DNA of 64,000 nucleotides from NCBI GenBank assembly GCA_030141605.1, contig JAQGDQ010000105.1:310001-374000 (forward strand), in the 5' to 3' direction. Source of the stretch: Tubiluchus corallicola. Its lineage: Eukaryota > Animalia > Priapulida. A model generated the notes under the pieces. The model worked only from the letters and a program-made list of their open reading frames with translations, did no database searches and was not told where the DNA came from. A program made the position numbers and the translations under genes. Positions 41,219 through 54,700 of this stretch are shown here, piece after piece (the first letter of the stretch is position 1; the number at the start of each line of letters is the position of its first letter).

Positions 41219-44200
41219 TTACAATCTGCCAAGCTGCATCGGTTCATTGGCGAGCGCCTCGTTTTCGTTATAGGCTCGTTCTCCTTTCCGCTTTTTTGAC
41301 AACAGTAAGAAGGCACTTCCATTGATAGCTACAATGCCAAAAGATATCCAAGCAAGGTAAAAAGAAAACCCGTATTTAACGTTCTTGATATTAAACTGGA
41401 ACTTGGTTGCTAGTGGATAAAGATCCTCTTGCGAAACAGAATTGATGAGGACCTCCAAGCAGATGAGTATGCAGGCAGCTGTAAAAAATGAAATGACCAG
41501 CATTGACGAGACTGCTGTTTTCCAAGAATTACAAGCTATATATAAAAACTGTGAAAAACTAAACTACAGTCAGCAGGCCTGTCTGTCAATTTAAATAAAG
41601 AGCTGAAGTCACGTCTTACTACCTTTTGCGAATTTGTCATTACGGGCTTATGTGTTGAGGCGATGGGAATGACTCAGTATACTGCTAAAAGCTAAATTGC
41701 TTTAGAAAGTCACCATCTCTTTTGTCTGTCAGAGGGAGGATATATTTCACTTCGTACCCTGTTTTATGATGCCAATATTTAGTTTTTATCGCGTTTAATT
41801 GAAGTGGTTCAAAAACCGTAAATATCTAAATTAGGTAATATCACTGTAAATAAAATAGCAATTTAAACAGCCAGTTGCGATTTGGAAGAAACTGTTCTAA
41901 TTTTTTTGCAGTGATCAGTGAGTTGAGACAAATAATAGATATTATATTTACTACAAGTTACGAATTGCACATCGCTTAGCCCACTTTGGCGCAACATAAT
42001 GTTCTTTATTGTCCATCCTTTTATATTTTGACCTACGGATGACACTGCACGGGAAAAACAACTTCCAGCCAGTTTATATAGACCAGAGTATGTATAGTTA
42101 CTGAGGTTAGGGCAACATTAGGGGCGTAGCTAAGGGGCCGGGTAGGGGCAATCCGCCCCGGGAGGCACTCTGAAAAGGGCGACATTTTGATCAGGGGCAA
42201 TGAAAAAGTTGATTCTGTCAGAAAGTAAAAAAGCAAAACACGTGACAATTTTCCACGAAAATGCTGCTTACAGGGCTTGTGAAGTAATTAATATCGTTGT
42301 ATTATTTGTAACGTAGTTTGTTTTTGCTTTCAAACTGTCTGGGCAGAACATGTTTTGAGTTAACTACAGAAGATATTTATGGTCACGCTTGTAGCCGCAA
42401 ACTTATCACATAATATTTACATAAAATTTCGAGCGCTTTTTAACGGTGAATTTTCGCTGGCGTGTAATGCTGATTACAATTATATTGTCATTATTTGCGT
42501 AATGACAATTGTGATTCAATGGATTCTTCGCTCACCAACATAGTTTAAGAGTTTTTTAATATCTTCATCAGAATGTGAATTAAAATATCTTCGTTTAGCA
42601 TAATTATTTGCGAATCTATTAACTAATTTACGAACAATAATCAAAGCTTCATCTTTGGAATATTTTGACAACATATAAACTTTTACTTTACTTCAATCAA
42701 CTTTTACGATATTCAAAATTCACCGTTAAAGGGAAAAAACAAGTCACTCAGTACGTTGAGGTTATTTTTTACTGTTATCTCTTAAACTTAGAAAAATATG
42801 ACAAAGAAATTTGCAAAAAAATTGTCAATAAAGCTTAAATTTAAAATATACTATCTCTGAATAAAATTTTCAGCCAAGGTGGTTGGTGCCGTTCACTTGA
42901 AAATTATGACGTAACAAGGAGATTTCGTGATATTTTCTAAGCGCATCGTAGCTTTCTGTAAGTGACAAACTAATTCAAACTTCAGCAGCTTAGCTAATGT
43001 TCACGCAAAATTATTAACAAAATAGTTATTTCTATTAAAAGGTAGCGCTCTACTTTTCCTCAGGACGAATGACGTCATTGGAAGAAGAATGGGCATTGAA
43101 AATGGGAGCGCCCAAGCGGGAAATGATAGCGAGTTTTAAAGCGATTTTACTAATTACTAAATCTTTCTAACATTTTTGCGAGCATTGAAATAAGCCTAAC
43201 TTCCCAGAAGGCTTGGCCTTTCCTTTAAACATGGCGACGTCTTAAAAGACACTCCAACATGGTCTTCAACTGCCATTATAATGCTCTTTTTTGCGCTAAC
43301 ATTTGAAGAACCTTAGAGCATTATAGGGTGAATTTACTTCTTGACAAACTAATTTTTATATTTTTTTCAGTAATACTTTATTATTTTATTAATTTATCTC
43401 CGCAACTGCGAGGTAACACTGTTGAATTTTCAAAACAAATTTTCCTACGTAAAGATTTCCATTTTGGACGCAAACTCAAGTGCCGCACCGGGCGCCACAA
43501 GTTCTCGCTACGCCACTGGGCAACAGTTGCTGTTTTCATTCAGGGTTAAGCAACAACAACTTGCAAGCAAAAACATGGGATCAGCCCATTAAGTAACCTT
43601 TAAGAACACATCAGCCATGTAAACAAAAACCTTTTAAACTGAAAAAAGTATTTGGATAATACATATATACGAATGAATGACTAATCAACTTTGACGATAA
43701 CTTAAACAATATAAAAATGACCTGTGGGTCATTTCATGAGATGCTGTTGTTTTACTTTTCAAACTTGCTAGTTTTCGCCAGCGTATTACAAATGAGAACT
43801 TATTAACACTTTTAAAATAAGCTGTGAAATTTACCTGAAATAAGATATACGCAACCCGCTACACGTTTGTACATATATCTGCTCTGTCGAAAACTATACA
43901 TAGCAAATCCAATCGCCATTACTATTAGCACTAAACCAATGATAGCCAGTGCAGACTCAGTTCTTGGAAAATCTGAAAAGCATTAAAATCATTATTATTA
44001 AGAATTCGAAATCGTCTTTGATATGAAACACATTAAATAAAAAATACACAGATTAGAGCTGAATTAATTGAAGCGTTAACAAAAGGTTTGGTAACGACTA
44101 ATAAACTTTCAAGAGACGTTTAAGTTGGCTTATAGAGTAACCGAAACAATTGTCTGGAAATTTTAATAAATGTGGTAATAAAATTACAGTCTTTATTGTT

Positions 44201-47200
44201 ACTGCAATAAAGTTCATCTTGCGTAGTTGATATTTTTACCGTACGGATGCATACATAGAGGTCGTGTTATACTACTTGATTTTAATCTTACAAACAGATA
44301 TACTTAATACAGCAGAGTCAAGAGTGAATCACAAAATTTGTTTCCAGTATCCATAAATTAGATGGTCCAGACTTATCCTACCAACCTTTCACCCACTACA
44401 CATTAGAGGCCCCTCTTTCAGAAAACTAAATCATACTGAAGAGCCTTAAATACTTCTCTGCACTAAATCACGGAAATATTATATATAAAATAAAATGTAC
44501 ACATTAAGTTCCAAAAAAAGTAACACAAGTACACAAAATAAATTAAGACAAACAATTCTTGGTCCTGTATTAAATCCCTATTCGGGTAATCCACTGCAAA
44601 ATGGTCACACGAATGACCTCTGACCCCAGAACCACTGATACTTCTGACTCAGGCATGCTGCATTACAGCAACCTGTGCAATAACACCACCTAGAAGACAT
44701 GGTGATTTCGTATGTATATTTCACATATTGGCCTATATTAAGTGAGTAAAAATTACGTGCACCTGTTTCAAGGAATTAATTCACTAACCTGTATTTAAAT
44801 CGGCGTTTTCATCAGGTTCCGACACGTCCTCTCGTTTGTTGCTTTTAGAAAAGTCTTTCTTGGTGCAAATTACTTCTGTAAATGGTAATCTCTTTATTAA
44901 ATGCTGCAGATAAAATGCGGTTACGTCTCCGACAGCTTTACCTTCCATTAAACTACATTTTTTGGAAAAAATTGGTCTTACGGTGTCCTATACATCATTA
45001 ACATTAAAACCAAACATTAGCAATAACATTAACGTTAATAGTAGCACCAATGCAAAGTTCACATGTTAGCGGATTTTTGATGCTCATATTACTAACACTG
45101 CAATGGGGCCCGGACGGAGCCCCGGAAACTAAACATATCCATGCATTTTGGATGTTTTATGGGGTCTCATTTAGAAACTAAAATCAAGAAATTCAAACTA
45201 CTATGTAGTACAAATTCTTGGCTTTAGACTCCATGATTAGCTGTTTTGGTAATTGCAAATACAACTGTAATTATTGTATATAATATCGAACTTATTTATT
45301 TAGCATATATGTGCCCTACAATTGGAAGGTTTAATTTGGAATGTACATCATGTATTTTCTAAATAAAAGATTTATAATAATAAAGACTCCAAAGAAACCC
45401 TAAAAGTGTAAAACTTACAAAAGTGCAAGCAGTGTACATCAGTTTTTGGAGTTTCTTCCCAGTACATTTCTCGCATTTTCTGAGGTCTCTGGGGATCAAT
45501 TTAGCAATAAATTATTAAGCACTGTGTTATGTGACTTAAATACTTGTTTTGCAGCATTTGCCGTTGTAGCTAAAATTGGGCGAAAAATATAGACAGAGTG
45601 AAATAATGAATCTATGGTTGAGACTACGGGCCAAATCAGGAGTGGTGGTAACCCCAAGTCCATGCCTATCGCAGTTATATCAATTTTAGTTGTGATACGG
45701 TCTAGATAAAGAGACTAAATTCACCACCTCTCGCGTGAAAAGCGAGTACTTTACTGTTTTAAGTTATTTCTATTTTTTTTGTATTATATCTGGGTTATGC
45801 TTGTATAGGTTTTACACGTCAAATGTAGACCTACGTTAAGTCAAATGTAGATTTAGGTAATTCAAATGTGTCTTGGTAACTCAAATGTAGACTTAGGCAG
45901 TTCAAATGTGTTAACAATGGTTTTCAACAAATCTTAAGCGTTTTTGGTAAGTCAAATGTAGACACATGTCAAGTCAAATATCCTATGTCTACATTTGACT
46001 TACCTAAGTCACATTTGAGTTACCAAAACGCATTCGAAATTCCTATGTCTACATTTAACTCACCTAAGTCACATTTGCACTTTCCTGTGTCTACATTTGA
46101 CGTGTAAAACCTATATTATTTGTTATTTATTTCTATTATAATACATGTAGTGCTTAGTCCTTGTCCATCTTTCTCCTTAAACAACGAAAATAAAGAAACA
46201 CGTAAAAGTGGTAAGTGTATTTCCCAGAAGCTTTTTGTTCCGCCATTTTTAAAATACCTAGAACATTAAATTGCATTGCATAACATTACAGCCTTCGCGT
46301 TATCCCCGACGTGTATTAATAATACACATTTGCTAGTTAAACATTCTATTTCTCATTGGTAATTTATGAAAGCAATTACTTAGCAGCCTTAGTAAATGAA
46401 CTGCTGGTACAGGGATTAAAACACGAGAGAATTTTGTGGAGAGGCAACGTATATACTGACTCAATAATTTAATAACAGATTAAAATCGATGTTGTTGTGC
46501 GTCACGCCATGGTCCCATTTTGTACAGCAACATTATTTTATTTCATCAAAAGCGTTATTAAACATGCGTGCTGGTCGCACAATGAATTATAGACAAACAA
46601 ACGCAAGAAATTGCTTTAACTGTAGCGGCTTAAAAAACCTGTACTGAGTATCGAAACATCAAGCCTAGGTATTACGCTCTCTATACGTAACAGGCTCCAC
46701 AGGGCCACCAGAAGCAGTATTTTCACATAATCTCAGTTAAGTACCGGCAAGGAGCAGGCAGCACTAACTGCAGTATAAAGAATTACTACCCAGCCAGACT
46801 CAAGCTGCGAAGCTTAACTAGAAAGCGATTATCCACAAATTGCTTTCAGGGAATGGAATTATAATAGGCGCGGGATCTGCCGCTAGGCGGCGCTATGCAT
46901 TTTGCACGAAGTCTTATTGACGATTAACCATTAGCTTTCACACGGTGGAGGATCGATTCGTGAGATTAATTAAAGGGCTTCTGACATGTTGTAGCCTCCT
47001 CACGTTGAAAAGGTGCACTCACAACTGGACAGCTAAACCCAATGAGCTCGATTATTTTATTTGTCCTACTTAACTGCAACCACTTTCGACGTAGCCCACG
47101 ACATATCTTGCTTGAAAGCGTATAGTCCACAATAAACAATGCATTTTTTATACATTGAAGTAAAAAAATTATTACTGTATATATTTGCAACTATTCTCTT

Positions 47201-47803
47201 TTGTTATTTAGGGTCTTTTTATGATCTTGACCAAATGCCTCTTTGTCATGCCGTGCCAGTCTCTATGGCAACCATGATGGCAGGTAACAATTTCATTTCC
47301 TGATGCTACACCTGGCACTAAAGCTTGTGTGTGGTATAGGTTTATATTTTTAGCCGTAAATTGTACCATTTTTATCTTTATTGTATAAATACAATTGTGT
47401 ACGTACATTTTACTTTGTGCCAGATAAATAATGCAAATGCAATATAATGTAAGTGTTTTCGATTTCTACTAGCGATAATCTTGTTATATTCACAATACTA
47501 TATTTTTAAGTATTGCCCAAAAATTGTGCAAATATTTTGAATTCCGTATTATAATTGTTGTTGTATAAAACGTTTTGTGTATGCTCCTTATTTACCCATG
47601 CAAAACTGGAAAAGTAAAACTGTTATAAAGTACTAAGTAGTGATCTGCTAGCTCCTAACCTACCACAAAGATATCTAACTCTAAAATCATAGTTGGGCCA
47701 CATTATGCTATTTGCAGGGTACGTGAATAAAATCATACGAGCGATAGGGAGAGAGAGATAGAGAGAAAGAGAAAGAGAGAGGGGAAAGAGAGAGAAAGAT
47801 AAA

Positions 47804-47862
<59 letters not shown>

Positions 47863-50800
47863 AGAGAATTGAGAACTAAATTGAATGAAAGACTATGATA
47901 TATAAATCGATTTGTAGGTTAGTTAAATCACTAAAACTCTAATGTAACAGTGATTGATAGACAGCATAATGTGAAACCAATGACATATTAGCAACAGCGT
48001 CATCACGTTTTACAACCTAATAAATTCTTCATTTAATTTGCTTTCAATTATAGTTCAATTCCCTTAAGTACAGTTTTCCATGACACATGTTAGCTGCACA
48101 TGAAACAGACTGCATGCGTGTATTATTCCAACTGCAAAAACCTACTTTGCTAAATAATGCTAACAAAAACAGTTCTACACCCCCTCGGTATTGGACTATT
48201 TTTACAGATACTGACTGCCGACTTGGAAAACTTCCACGGCTTCATCCATGGCGATTAGTTTGTGTACCTTTCAGTTAAAACGTCCCGAGTTTCAGATTTC
48301 TCAAGAGAGGCTCGCTTAAATGTCTGTAGATGATACTTGAAGATGAAACATAAGCAATAATTGCGTGACAGGGCCAATAAGATGAACACAAGCGTAATTT
48401 TGCCAGCTGTAACCGACTCTAGGTCCGACAAGAGGCCTTAAGCTATAAACAATGTGAGCAGACTGGGCTGTACATTATCCGCATTTACGGCACGTTTAAT
48501 TTAAATGAGTGAAAGTTTAATTACATTAGTGTCAAATGAATTAGTATGAACGGAATCTAATTATTACAACACCAGAAACTGTAACGTAAATATAGTAGAC
48601 ATCATTTTGCCTTGTGTGATGCGCTTTTAGTAAACCATTCTGTCCTTCATAATTAAATAATGTGCAGATTTGACCCAAATACTCGTCCTGAAAAGCTTGA
48701 TAGTCAAGCCATAGTTGTCTACCCCAGCAAAATAAGGACGGTTTCCTGCTTGCTTCCTGAATTCACGCTTCAAATTCTTAACAGACGTAGTGCTGACAAG
48801 CCACTGACATAGGAATAATGAATATATTCGTTGAACTGTCTGATGTGTTTACTTCTTTTGAACCAAATTCGTTCGATATTTTGCCAGACAATTTTTTGGA
48901 GATTTTGGGTCTTCAGACTTGTGGTTACAGTTATGCTCTTACTTAGAAATTCTTGTTTCTTTAACTTGCACTTTGACGATGACGAATATTACTTGTCGAA
49001 TCACAGGTATAAGGATGTTTAGATTGTTTACAGCTTTTTGGCCGTCGTCTTCGCAGCCATACTTCCACATTATTGCTAATATTTGTCTCACGTTCTTCCA
49101 CTATCCAGAAAACATGGATTATTTGGTGTTGACGCATGGCTACAGAGACATGACCCTTTTCAGTTTCGTTTTTTTGTTCTTGGTTGTCAGTTTGGATATT
49201 ACGTTGAACCTTATTGGCGTTATATTTTTGTAATTATTCTCTTGAAATAGTTTTACAATATAATAGGTTAACAGATCGAAGAAAAAATATTCATTTAATT
49301 AATGTTACGCTAGTCTTATTGGGTCACGCTAGATCTTCGATGACGTCAAACTTCGTGGCCCTGACATTCTCGAGAACTTGGAGAATTCGATACTGCGGGA
49401 TTCGCAAATATTTACAAAAAAAGTTTCCGACCGATTTCAAACAAGGAATCGCTCAAATTGCATCACATCTAGCCTTAGCCGCCGCTGACTTTAACCGCGC
49501 ATAAATAATAAAACAGTCTCAAGAAAATCGCCAGGGATTAAGGATTACAGTAAAAGTATTTGCAGATTTACCGGAAATGAGATCTCCGGACCAGCTGATA
49601 GCAGAGAAACTTCGAATCTACTGCCACTAAAACAGAATGAAAACGAAGAATATTTTGTTATTTGCTGCTATTTCCAGATAACATAGAATTAGTATTTTGT
49701 GTGCAGCAGTCACGCTCTTTGTTCGAATCCCAATATTTCTAGGATTACTTTTCCGTAAAACGTTGTCTCTTTTCGTAACCAAGATGTCCCCGGTCAGAGG
49801 ATAATACACGTAATTATTTCTCCTACAAAACCCTAAGCCCAATGATGATAGTTCGAAATGGTAATTTTGTGGAGCGTAAAACATACAAGCGGAAATTTTC
49901 ACCATTTAACAATCATATGTAGGACAAATCTACTGCAACAACATTCTATTTATAAGCACTCAGGGCCAGGCGAGCTGAAACTCTAAAATATGTTGTTTAT
50001 TCTAACATTTTTCCGCAGTCGTGTAGCTAAGATGAGGCATAATTAAAGAAGAGGGTGTAAATCATTTTCAATGTGACGACATGTTGGTGCACGTGCTACC
50101 ACTTACTTAAATTACATTCTTTCTACCCACTGCATTAAAACAATTTACGATCAACAGAATAATGTTCTACGAAACAGTTCCAGAATCACAGCAATTAGCT
50201 GGTCAACAGTAATCAAACGTGATAATCATTATCGCACCAAAATGCATATTTGCGGTTTGTTTTCTGCCTACGTCACTTTTGTCAAAGCGCATTGCAGGCC
50301 ACTTTTTCCATTGCAGCCTGATGTAAGGGGTGAAGACCTGCTGAAAATGTGATATAATTAGAATGATGGCACGCGGTAGTACAGCCCCCCTCTGACAATA
50401 GATCACTATCAACAAAAAATATTTTGACTGATCTTGTAACTTTGGCCTTTGACGTCCTGATCCAAAAAGCCAGGCTTCGCAGGACTCGCCTAGACCTGTC
50501 ATTGTGTCAGGTTTGGTAATTATAGATTCGCCCGTGCAACATACATAATACACATAACACACGAACTCGACCAAGGCCAGTTCACACTGAGGACGCGCGG
50601 CGAATTTCCTCGATGAAAAATTCTTTGCGGCGTTCTTGACGAAAATGGAGCACATTACTTTCTAAGGCGCATTTCACACAAACGCCTCGTGAGAAATTTC
50701 TACCAAGCTTCTCACGAGGAGTTTTGCGCTTGGTAGAGATACTGCATGTTCCATTTTCGTGAGACTTCCTCCGGAATTCACATTAACTGCTTAACTACTT

Positions 50801-51784
50801 CTTTCTTGTTTAGCGAACATAAGCCAGCACAAAATTATGCCTTTAATCCACCTTTTATCGTATAGACGATTTTTGATTTTATTAATGCAATAGGCCTAGT
50901 CGTGAAAACGAAGCTAACATTCGTGAAAACAAACAAATAACACGTAAATATAATTATATATAGACCTATATATTCTCAATGTGAAGTGGTTAGTAGGTAC
51001 TTTGAAAATAAGCAATTGATAAATGCATTAATTACAATTTCTGTAAATTCCAATCTGTAAATGCAATGTGAATACTGGTCTAGCTAGACGCGCGTAAAAA
51101 CCGGGCGGTTTCTGTGTGAAGTGAACTTTCTTGCTTCCTTTCTTTCTTTCATTGTAGAAAAAAAATGCAAGTTTTCTGAAAATTTTCTGACAGCCATTCT
51201 GTGTCCTCCGTGTGAAAAGGGCCTAAGCGCCCTAGCCAAGCTCCGACTAATGTCGGAGTGGGTAATTATATATAAAGTGCTCGTTGGTGACGCACGTAGT
51301 TATACCATCCTGAATAGTCATAGTCATACCCACGCCATCTATATCCCCGAAAGCCTGAATACGTGTTATTTGTATAAAAACTAAACTACATAACAAGAGC
51401 AATGCTGAATATCGTAGAAAATCTGCCCAACTTACCCAACGGGCCCAATAAATATTTTCATCTGACACTTGCAAGCTGTTTTGCAGCTGCATCGCAGGAA
51501 GAATTTAACCAACAAAAAAACGAATGTTATTTCAACTTACCCACTACTTCGGCTCCAGTAGAATTGACATAAATTGTTTTACAATGTTTCCACAATCCCG
51601 AATGTGTCTCCATGTCATAGTGAGTTCTACTACTGCTAACATTATGTGCAAAATCCTGTACATCTATGTATAACCAATAGGGTGTGCTGACGGCGACAAT
51701 CAAGAGACACAGGCTGAACATGGACAGTCCGGTAAGTACCAACAGGATTTTCTTCTCCCTCTCGTACCCCAAGTCGATGGCCAT
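41219..51784 (-). CDS. Claudin/PMP22/EMP/CACNG(stargazin)-superfamily four-TM membrane protein (about 242 aa, 4 coding exons)
   Basis: Exons 51784-51541, 44875-44789, 43972-43835, 41478-41219; all phase-1 GT-AG joins, total 729 nt. TM1 followed by STPYW...HSGLWKHC...VIC (W-GLW-C-C signature), TM2 (SALAIIGLVLIVMAIGFAMY), RYMYKRVAG+TM3, YGFSFYLAW+TM4, tail SKKRKGERA...EPMQLGRL. Confidence 0.88.
42119..43518. mobile_element. Non-autonomous hAT-type DNA transposon (1.4 kb) in the last intron of the claudin-like gene
   Basis: Termini TAGGGGCGTAGC ... GCTACGCCACTG (imperfect TIR), GC-rich subterminal blocks, 8-bp target duplication GGCAACAT (42111-42118) / GGCAACAG (43519-43526); no transposase ORF. 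Confidence 0.85.
45620..45756 (-). mobile_element. Degenerate tRNA-derived SINE-like relic
   Basis: The minus strand reads AGTAAAGTACTCGCTTTTCACGCGAGAGGTGGTGAATT: an anticodon-like stem-loop CTCGC-TTTTCAC-GCGAG followed by a decayed B-box. Confidence 0.35.
45804..46115. mobile_element. Foldback-like MITE with modular inverted arms
   Basis: Perfect 27-bp inverted repeat TATAGGTTTTACACGTCAAATGTAGAC (45804-45830) / GTCTACATTTGACGTGTAAAACCTATA (46089-46115); arms made of about 20-22 bp TCAAATGT-containing subrepeats. Confidence 0.85.
47749..47867. repeat. (GA)n microsatellite
   Basis: Visible directly. Confidence 0.95.
50574..51224. mobile_element. PIF/Harbinger-like MITE, copy 1
   Basis: TIRs AGGCCAGTTCACACTGAGGAC / GTCCTCCGTGTGAAAAGGGCCT; internal sequence similar to the reverse complement of 58622-59243. 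Confidence 0.7.
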
Positions 51785-54700
51785 TCTTCCTTCTGGCTAC
51801 TACACACGTCATTCGCGAAATAGCGTTTACATCTGCAACAGCACAAATAACAAATATGGGTCGGCTTCAGCATAAACCTAAACAAATTGCTAACTAACCA
51901 AACCCCGATAATAGTTTACACACGATGAAGTACTTAGAAGTAAAAACAGGCGCCTTCTTCAAAGCATTACAGACCATCGTCTCTGTAAACCATTGCAGGT
52001 GGATTGGCTATTATTAATAATATTGCAATGGACAATTAGTTCGCAAAAGCTGAAAAAAATATTCGCTGCGCGTTGCTGCGTCATCCAGCCCCCATACAAT
52101 CATAGGGGAAATTTATTATTATCATTGTATTATGTTGATGAGTGTGGCAGGATCAGAGCCTAGCTCATTATCAAGGATTATTTTGTAAGATGAGAATTGT
52201 GTTAGCCACTTTCGAATGTATGCGTGTCTTGTCTGAACGACACGAATAACCGAAGGCAGTAAAGCAGTTTCAGAAGTTACGTTTTACATAATAGTTTACA
52301 CGTAATGATTACAAACTTAAAAACAAATGTTTTTATAATCTAATTTCTGCTGCTTTATTATTCGTGGCATTTTTATTTCAGATGTACTTACACTAACGTA
52401 AATAAGTTGCGATAGTGGGCACATTTATTCGTTTATTTTTCTGCAATAAATAAAATGCTGTTACTTTACTTCTGTTTACTTCTTTTTATGGAAACTCTTT
52501 CAAGTACTCAAATTTGCGATTGCAATTTGGGAACTACGGGGATTAATTTTTGGAAATTTTGTTGCTTAACCGAACAACAGAACTCAATATGAAACTCAAA
52601 ATAAATTAGTAAGCGAACTTCATAAAAACTTATTTGCAATACATATAAACTTAAAAAGCATTTCAGATTTTAATATTGCATTGTTTTGCTTTGTTTTGTA
52701 TTTTATCGTATCGTATCGTGTCGTTCACTAGCGGATTTGCGTTTGGCCAAATTCAAGACATTTAAGCAGAAGTTTTTTGCGAAACGCTTACATCCTGACG
52801 GGCTGTGATTGGCAAGAAGTAACTGTCTCTCGCAAACTGACAGATTGGTACCGAAGCAGCGTTTATAGATGGACAGTGCTTTCTGAAGGAACCACGATAG
52901 TATGTCGCAACGGATCCGGCAATGCAACATCGTAAAAACTCAGTGTGTTTACTTCGCTTTTACCTACGGTCGTGTTCGGTACCTGATTTTACGCAGTGGC
53001 GTTACACCGCTGACAGCCTATGATTTACAAGCAAACTTTAATATTCGTTCAGCTAGTCACGTTGCAAGTGTGGATTCGTCGTCATTGCTACCATGTACAT
53101 GGTGGCCCAGAAGTCTATCTTTCAAACTCAGTCAGTAGCATTATTGGTTCACTGTACTGTATTGCATTGCAACATCTGTAGTGATAGATATTATTAACTT
53201 GTGAGAAATTTCTCTCCCTCTATAATTTTTTCGTGTTGTTGTATAACGTCTCCTTTTCGGCCGTTATTTTCAACAAGTGTAATCTCATCAGAATAATGTT
53301 GTATTACAAATAGGCCTACAAGCAACTCAACTCCAGCATTCCAAATTCAAAAAATTGAAAGATTTCCCGAATACAGCGCCAGCAGCTGCTGAATTCATGG
53401 CTACCATGTACTTATGCATTATTTTGCTTTGTACTTATACATTATTCAGCGTATACATTAAGAATGCGAAGCCCAAGAGACTTCAGGCTGAAAGTTTGTC
53501 GAAGAAATAAATCTATCTGCGATTCCTGCTAGCTCCCAAATAATTGAAAATCTTGTTAAAGCCTAATAGTTCCATCTTTGTGCAAATGAAATTGGCGCTT
53601 TAACTGAATTTTCACTTTGGCAGGAAAAAGCAATTGGTCACTTTGTGACCTACCTGTTTTACGATCTACTAAATTCTGTCTTTATTTCATTACAATATAA
53701 AACGAAATTTAGTTTCATAAGTTGCCTCAGTAATTACCACTGCAAAACCGTAATGGTAAAAAAATTATTTGACAGCTATTAAAACCAAGTAGGGGAGAAA
53801 ATAATGAAATGTTACGCAGGAGAAGGAATAATTATAACATGGGATTTTGAGAGTCAGTTCCTTAATTGCTCAAACATGGTTCTTTACTCATGTCATCATT
53901 ATACTACTACTTAACTATAACAACAACCTCGCATAGGATGATGGAGACACTAGAACGCTGGACAGTACACTGTTTAACACTATAACGGCACGTTGCTAGT
54001 ATTAACAGTCCTTGCTCTTGCAAAAATTGGCTGCTTGAATTACAGTTAACCTTAGAATCATGCCATAATAGGACCGTCGTCATCACTAACAATTTAGCAC
54101 TGTGAAAATATTGAGTACGTCATTAAATTATTGCTAATGTATTGAGGTCCTAATGCACAGTCATTAACAAGCACTAAGCTAATTCCATAGAGTGTAGTTA
54201 AGCCTTGTAGCATTGAGTAAATTTACCAGCACTTGACATTTTGAACAGGCAGTCCTCATGTTAGAAGGCAGTCGTGATTGCTGTCGTTAACAGCCCCGAT
54301 TTAGTAGCTTGCTAACTTTGCAGTTACCACAGGCAAACTAGTATAACAACTGGCAATTTAGTATAACAAATCAGCAGGCCTATTACTCAGTCTGGTTGGA
54401 ACATGAGAGCTAGTATCAGGGAACTCGGACACGAACGTAAACGTACTGCCTCTTTCAAATCATCGCCAACAAAAAACCGGAAGTAAAAATAAAGTACATA
54501 TAAGTACTTTGTCTATCTATGTCAGAGAAACTAACCACAATTTTGATTTTAATATAGACCAAAAACTTTATATCCAGCTAGAAACATCCCGAAATCGCAC
54601 ACAGATGAATTTGTCTTAATTATAAAAAAATCTAACTTGGCTTTAAACCAAAATCAAGGTTTTCCTCCACAGAACATTTTGTTGTTTATGTTGCTTGTTT

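Noticed and set aside
41479-41514. Longer last exon of the claudin-like gene (AVSSMLVISFFT)
   Set aside because: The acceptor at 41478 has a better pyrimidine tract and gives a normal-length TM3; the longer form cannot be excluded without RNA data.
44757-44762. 6-nt microexon (AG|GTGCAC|GT) in the claudin-like gene
   Set aside because: It would need a 26-nt intron, and the frame closes without it.
45804-46115. CRISPR-like spaced repeats
   Set aside because: Units are adjacent, degenerate and inverted, with no unique spacers or cas genes; eukaryotic context.
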